Source of the DNA: Macrostomum lignano
Taxonomy: Eukaryota
NCBI GenBank assembly: GCA_002269645.1
Contig: NIVC01001098.1
Span: 413,894 to 439,284, forward strand
Length of the DNA: 25,391 bases
Reading direction: 5' to 3'
Both the position numbers and the translations under genes were made by a program. The notes below the pieces were generated by a model, which was not told the DNA's origin, did no database searches, and saw only the letters and a program-made list of their open reading frames with translations. Shown piece after piece: positions 21,201 through 25,391 of the stretch; within the stretch, counting starts at the first letter, position 1; each line of letters opens with the position of its first letter.

Positions 21201-23900
21201 TCGTCCCGACAGTTAAATTCGGCCATATCCCGACAGTTAATGCTTCGTCCCGACAGTTAAATTCGGCCATATCCCTACAGTTAATGCTTCGTCCCGACAG
21301 TTAATGCTTTGTCCCGACAGTTAATGCTTCGTCCCGACAGTTAATGCTTCGTCCCGACAGTTAATGCTTCGTCCCGACAGTTAATGCTTTGTCCCGACAG
21401 TTAATGCTTCATCCCGACAGTTAAATTCGGCCATATCCCGACAGTTAATGCTTCGTCCCGACAGTTTATGCTTTGTCCCGACAGTTAATGCTTCGTCCCG
21501 ACAGTTAAATTCGGCCATATCCCGACAGTTAATGCTTCGTCCCGACAGTAAAATTCGGCCATATCCCGACAGTTAATGCTTCGTCCCGACAGTTAATGCT
21601 TCGTCCCGACAGTTAAATTCGGCCATATCCCTACAGTTAATGCTTCGTCCCGACAGTTAATGCTTTGTCCCGACAGTTAATGCTTCGTCCCGACAGTTAA
21701 TGCTTCGTCCCGACAGTTAATGCTTCGTCCCGACAGTTTATGCTTTGTCCCGACAGTTAATGCTTCGTCCCGACAGTAAAATTCGGCCATATCCCGACAG
21801 TTAATGCTTCGTCCCGACAGTTTATGCTTCGTCCTGACAGTTAAATTCGGCCATATCCCGACAATTAATGCTTCGTCCCGACAGTTAATGCTTCGTCCCG
21901 ACAGTTAAATTCGGCCATATTCCTACAGTTAATGCTTCGTCCCGACAGTTAATGCTTTGTCCCGACAGTTAATGCTTCGTCCCGACAGTTAATGCTTTGT
22001 CCCGACAGTTAATGCTTGATCCCGACAGTTAAATTCGGCCATATCCCGACAGTTAATGCTTCGTCCCGACAGTTAAATTCGGCCATATCCCGACAGTTAA
22101 TGCTTCGTCCCGACAGTTAATGCTTCGTCCCGACAGTTAAATTCGGCCATATCCCTACAGTTAATGCTTCGTCCCGACAGTTAATGCTTTGTCCCGACAG
22201 TTAATGCTTCGTCCGACAGTTAATGCTTCGTCCCGACAGTTAATGCTTCGTCCCGACAGTTAATGCTTTGTCCCGACAGTTAATGCTTCATCCCGACAGT
22301 TAAATTCGGCCATATCCCGACAGTTAATGCTTCGTCCCGACAGTTTATGCTTTGTCCCGACAGTTAATGCTTCGTCCCGACAGTTAAATTCGGCCATATC
22401 CCGACAGTTAATGCTTCGTCCCGACAGTAAAATTCGGCCATATCCCGACAGTTAATGCTTCGTCCCGACAGTTAATGCTTCGTCCCGACAGTTAAATTCG
22501 GCCATATCCCTACAGTTAATGCTTCGTCCCGACAGTTAATGCTTCGTCCCGACAGTTAATGCTTCGTCCCGACAGTTAATGCTTCGTCCCGACAGTTAAT
22601 GCTTCGTCCGACAGTTTATGCTTTGTCCCGACAGTTAATGCTTCGTCCCGACAGTAAAATTCGGCCATATCCCGACAGTTAATGCTTTGTCCCGACAGTT
22701 ATATTCGGCCATATCCCGACAGTTAATGATTCGTCCCGACAGTTAATGCTTCGTCCTGACAGTTAAATTCGGCCATATCCCGACAGTTAATGCTTCGTCC
22801 CGACAGTTAATGCTTTGTCCCGACAGTTAATGCTTCATCCCGACAGTTAAATACGGCCATATCCCGACAGTTAATGCTTCGTCCCGACAGTTAATGCTTT
22901 GTCCCGACAGTTAATGCTTCATCCCGACAGTTAAATTCGGCCATATCCCGACAGTTAATGCTTCGTCCCGACAGTAAAATTCGGCCATATCCCGACAGTT
23001 AATGCTTCGTCCCGACAGTTAAATTCGGCCATATCCCGACAGTTAATGCTTCGTCCCGACAGTTTATGCTTTGTCCCGACAGTTAATGCTTCGTCCCGAC
23101 AGTTAAATTCGGCCATATCCCGACAGTTAATGCTTCGTCCCGACAGTAAAATTCGGCCATATCCCGACAGTTAATGCTTCGTCCCGACAGTTAATGCTTC
23201 GTCCCGACAGTTAAATTCGGCCATATCCCTACAGTTAATGCTTCGTCCCGACAGTTAATGCTTTGTCCCGACAGTTAATGCTTCGTCCCGACAGTTAATG
23301 CTTCGTCCCGACAGTTAATGCTTCGTCCCGACAGTTTATGCTTTGTCCCGACAGTTAATGCTTCGTCCCGACAGTAAAATTCGGCCATATCCCGACAGTT
23401 AATGCTTTGTCCCGACAGTTATATTCGGCCATATCCCGACAGTTAATGATTCGTCCCGACAGTTAATGCTTCGTCCTGACAGTTAAATTCGGCCATATCC
23501 CGACAGTTAATGCTTCGTCCCGACAGTTAATGCTTTGTCCCGACAGTTAATGCTTCATCCCGACAGTTAAATTCGGCCATATCCCGACAGTTAATGCTTC
23601 GTCCGACAGTTAATGCTTTGTCCGACAGTTAATGCTTCATCCCGACAGTTAAATTCGGCCATATCCCGACAGTTAATGCTTCGTCCCGACAGTTAATGCT
23701 TTGTCCCGACAGTTAATGCTTCATCCCGACAGTTAAATTCGGCCATATCCCGACAGTTAATGCTTCGTCCCGACAGTTAATGCTTTGTCCCGACAGTTAA
23801 TGCTTCATCCCGACAGTTAAATTCGGCCATATCCCGACAGTTAATGCTTCGTCCCGACAGTTTATGCTTTGTCCCGACAGTTAATGCTTCGTCCCGACAG
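15230..23900. repeat. 8.7-kb compound satellite, roughly 400 monomers of two types (20-bp A, 24-bp B)
   Basis: A = TTAATGCTTCGTCCCGACAG and B = TTAAATTCGGCCATATCCCGACAG. They share TCCCGACAGTTAA and are interleaved as B followed by a variable number of A. Confidence 0.99.
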
Positions 23901-24256
23901 TAGTTGAATTCGGCCTTCTTGCAGCTAATATCTCGTACTGTTAAAACATTTTATTATGTTGCGTTTTATGTTTAACAAGAACTGTTAAAGCTTTATATTT
24001 TTCATGCACTCTTCTAGACTTCAGCAGTTAATTTGAAGGTGGAGTCATTGAAAAATGTTTTTTTATGGTATATTAGTGTTGAAATTAAAGTCCTCATCAA
24101 CGATAAGCTGCATTTTATGATACGTAAATGTGTTCTGAAATAATTGTTTTTTATGAATACGAAATAATAAAAAACAAAACTAATTTGTTTGTAATAGTAA
24201 TTTTTAGCAAAAAAATGGAAAATCTAGTTGCTGTAAACTTTGTTTTAGTACACTAA

Positions 24257-24304
24257 AATATCGGTCGGAATATCGATAGGAATATCGATCGGAATATCGG
24301 TCGG
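24257..24304. repeat. Tandem 4 x 12-bp repeat (AATATCGRTCGG)
   Basis: AATATCGGTCGG, AATATCGATAGG, AATATCGATCGG, AATATCGGTCGG. Confidence 0.85.
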
Positions 24305-25391
24305 TAAATGTTATACACGTAGCATAAAGTAATACAAGAAAATGTTTTTCGCGCTATATTTGCGCAATCGGAAATTAGTCGGAAACCATCTCTTCTTCTT
24401 CCGATCGGAATTTGTACTCATTTTTCTTCCTACTTTCCGATACAGCCATATTCATAACGCATGTGCTGTACTAAACGTGTTTTCTTGCTTTTATGTATTG
24501 CCAGAATGTGCAGAATATACCTTAATGATACAAAAAATTACTACAATAATTCAGTTTTTGTTTTGATGCCACAAAAAAATGCTGGCCATCCAATTTATAT
24601 CGAAAGTATTTAAAAAGCGATATATTTTTTACCTTCCTCTCTATATAACCTATTCGTTATATTTTTGCTTATAGCGTCTTTCCACTGGCACTAGCACTGG
24701 CACTGGCAAAAAATATTACTAAATGGTTATTAAAAACCTACTACTTAATGCCTAACCACTATCTTATTAATTATTGCTAATTGCAATACTCCTAGGCCTA
24801 CTCCTATTGCAATTCCTACTTTACTAGGGCCTAGGCCTAGCCTATTTTGCTACACATTTTTCTCAAGATTGTCTTTAAAGCAGTATTTTCATTTAACTAC
24901 AACTACAACTTATACCTTGTTTTTCTTATATATGAAATTAATACTACCTAGTTTTAGGCTTTTAGTCATTGAATCTAAAAATATAGGGCCTTGGCCAGGC
25001 CCTAGTTAAACTTACTTTAGACATTTAGTGTGTCTTATTAGGTTTACTCAATATACCTAACAATCAATAGACATTTGTTTAGGCTAAGGCATTTAAGCAA
25101 AGTAATTGAATAATGTCTATAGTTTACAATTGTATATTATAATTTGCTTTTAGATAAGACTCTTTTAAGTATTATAATGAAGAATTATTAACTTATTATT
25201 TATATTATAGACTAGGCCTAGTAAGTAAATAATATAGGCCACATGTCAATAGCTATTTACACTTGCTTATAAAACATTTCTATGCTTAGAACTCTAGAAC
25301 TCCAATTAAACTAAGACTCTAGACCCTGGAATGTTACATGTATGTCAGAAAATTTGGATATGCAAATGTCAACTAACTCATTTTAAAGTTT

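Noticed and set aside
21041-21226. 61-aa minus-strand ORF in the satellite
   Set aside because: It is a chance stop-free path through repeat variants.
15230-23900. CRISPR array (constant repeat plus variable insert)
   Set aside because: The inserts are only 8 or 12 nt and of two recurring types rather than unique spacers. There are no cas genes, and the context is eukaryotic.
24677-25391. Fungal RIP as the cause of TpA enrichment
   Set aside because: Clearly repetitive elements in the same window are not RIP-mutated. CpG decay in older DNA is the simpler explanation.

Overview
This is eukaryotic DNA, most likely from an invertebrate animal (inferred from short GT-AG introns and the element types). 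It is rich in transposable elements, and no ordinary housekeeping gene is recognisable. (1) The main feature is a + strand six-exon gene model at about 4643-12149, roughly 1400 aa by my arithmetic. It joins a Mutator/NOF-Foldback-type DDE transposase to a long minisatellite-encoded linker, a Ulp1/C48-like cysteine protease with an intact catalytic triad and a C-terminal PHD finger. (2) Intron 2 of that gene holds an antisense, internally deleted Ty3/Gypsy remnant. (3) The Gypsy remnant is itself interrupted by a 640-bp Foldback-like palindromic element with a perfect 9-bp target-site duplication. (4) An 8.7-kb satellite at 15230-23900 is built from two interleaved monomers (20 and 24 bp) with about 2-kb higher-order duplications. 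Weaker calls are two Helitron/Helentron-like non-autonomous elements, decayed minus-strand exons near 14.2-14.9 kb, a GA-rich tract and CpG-depleted flanks. All family assignments come from motifs recognised by eye, not from database searches.
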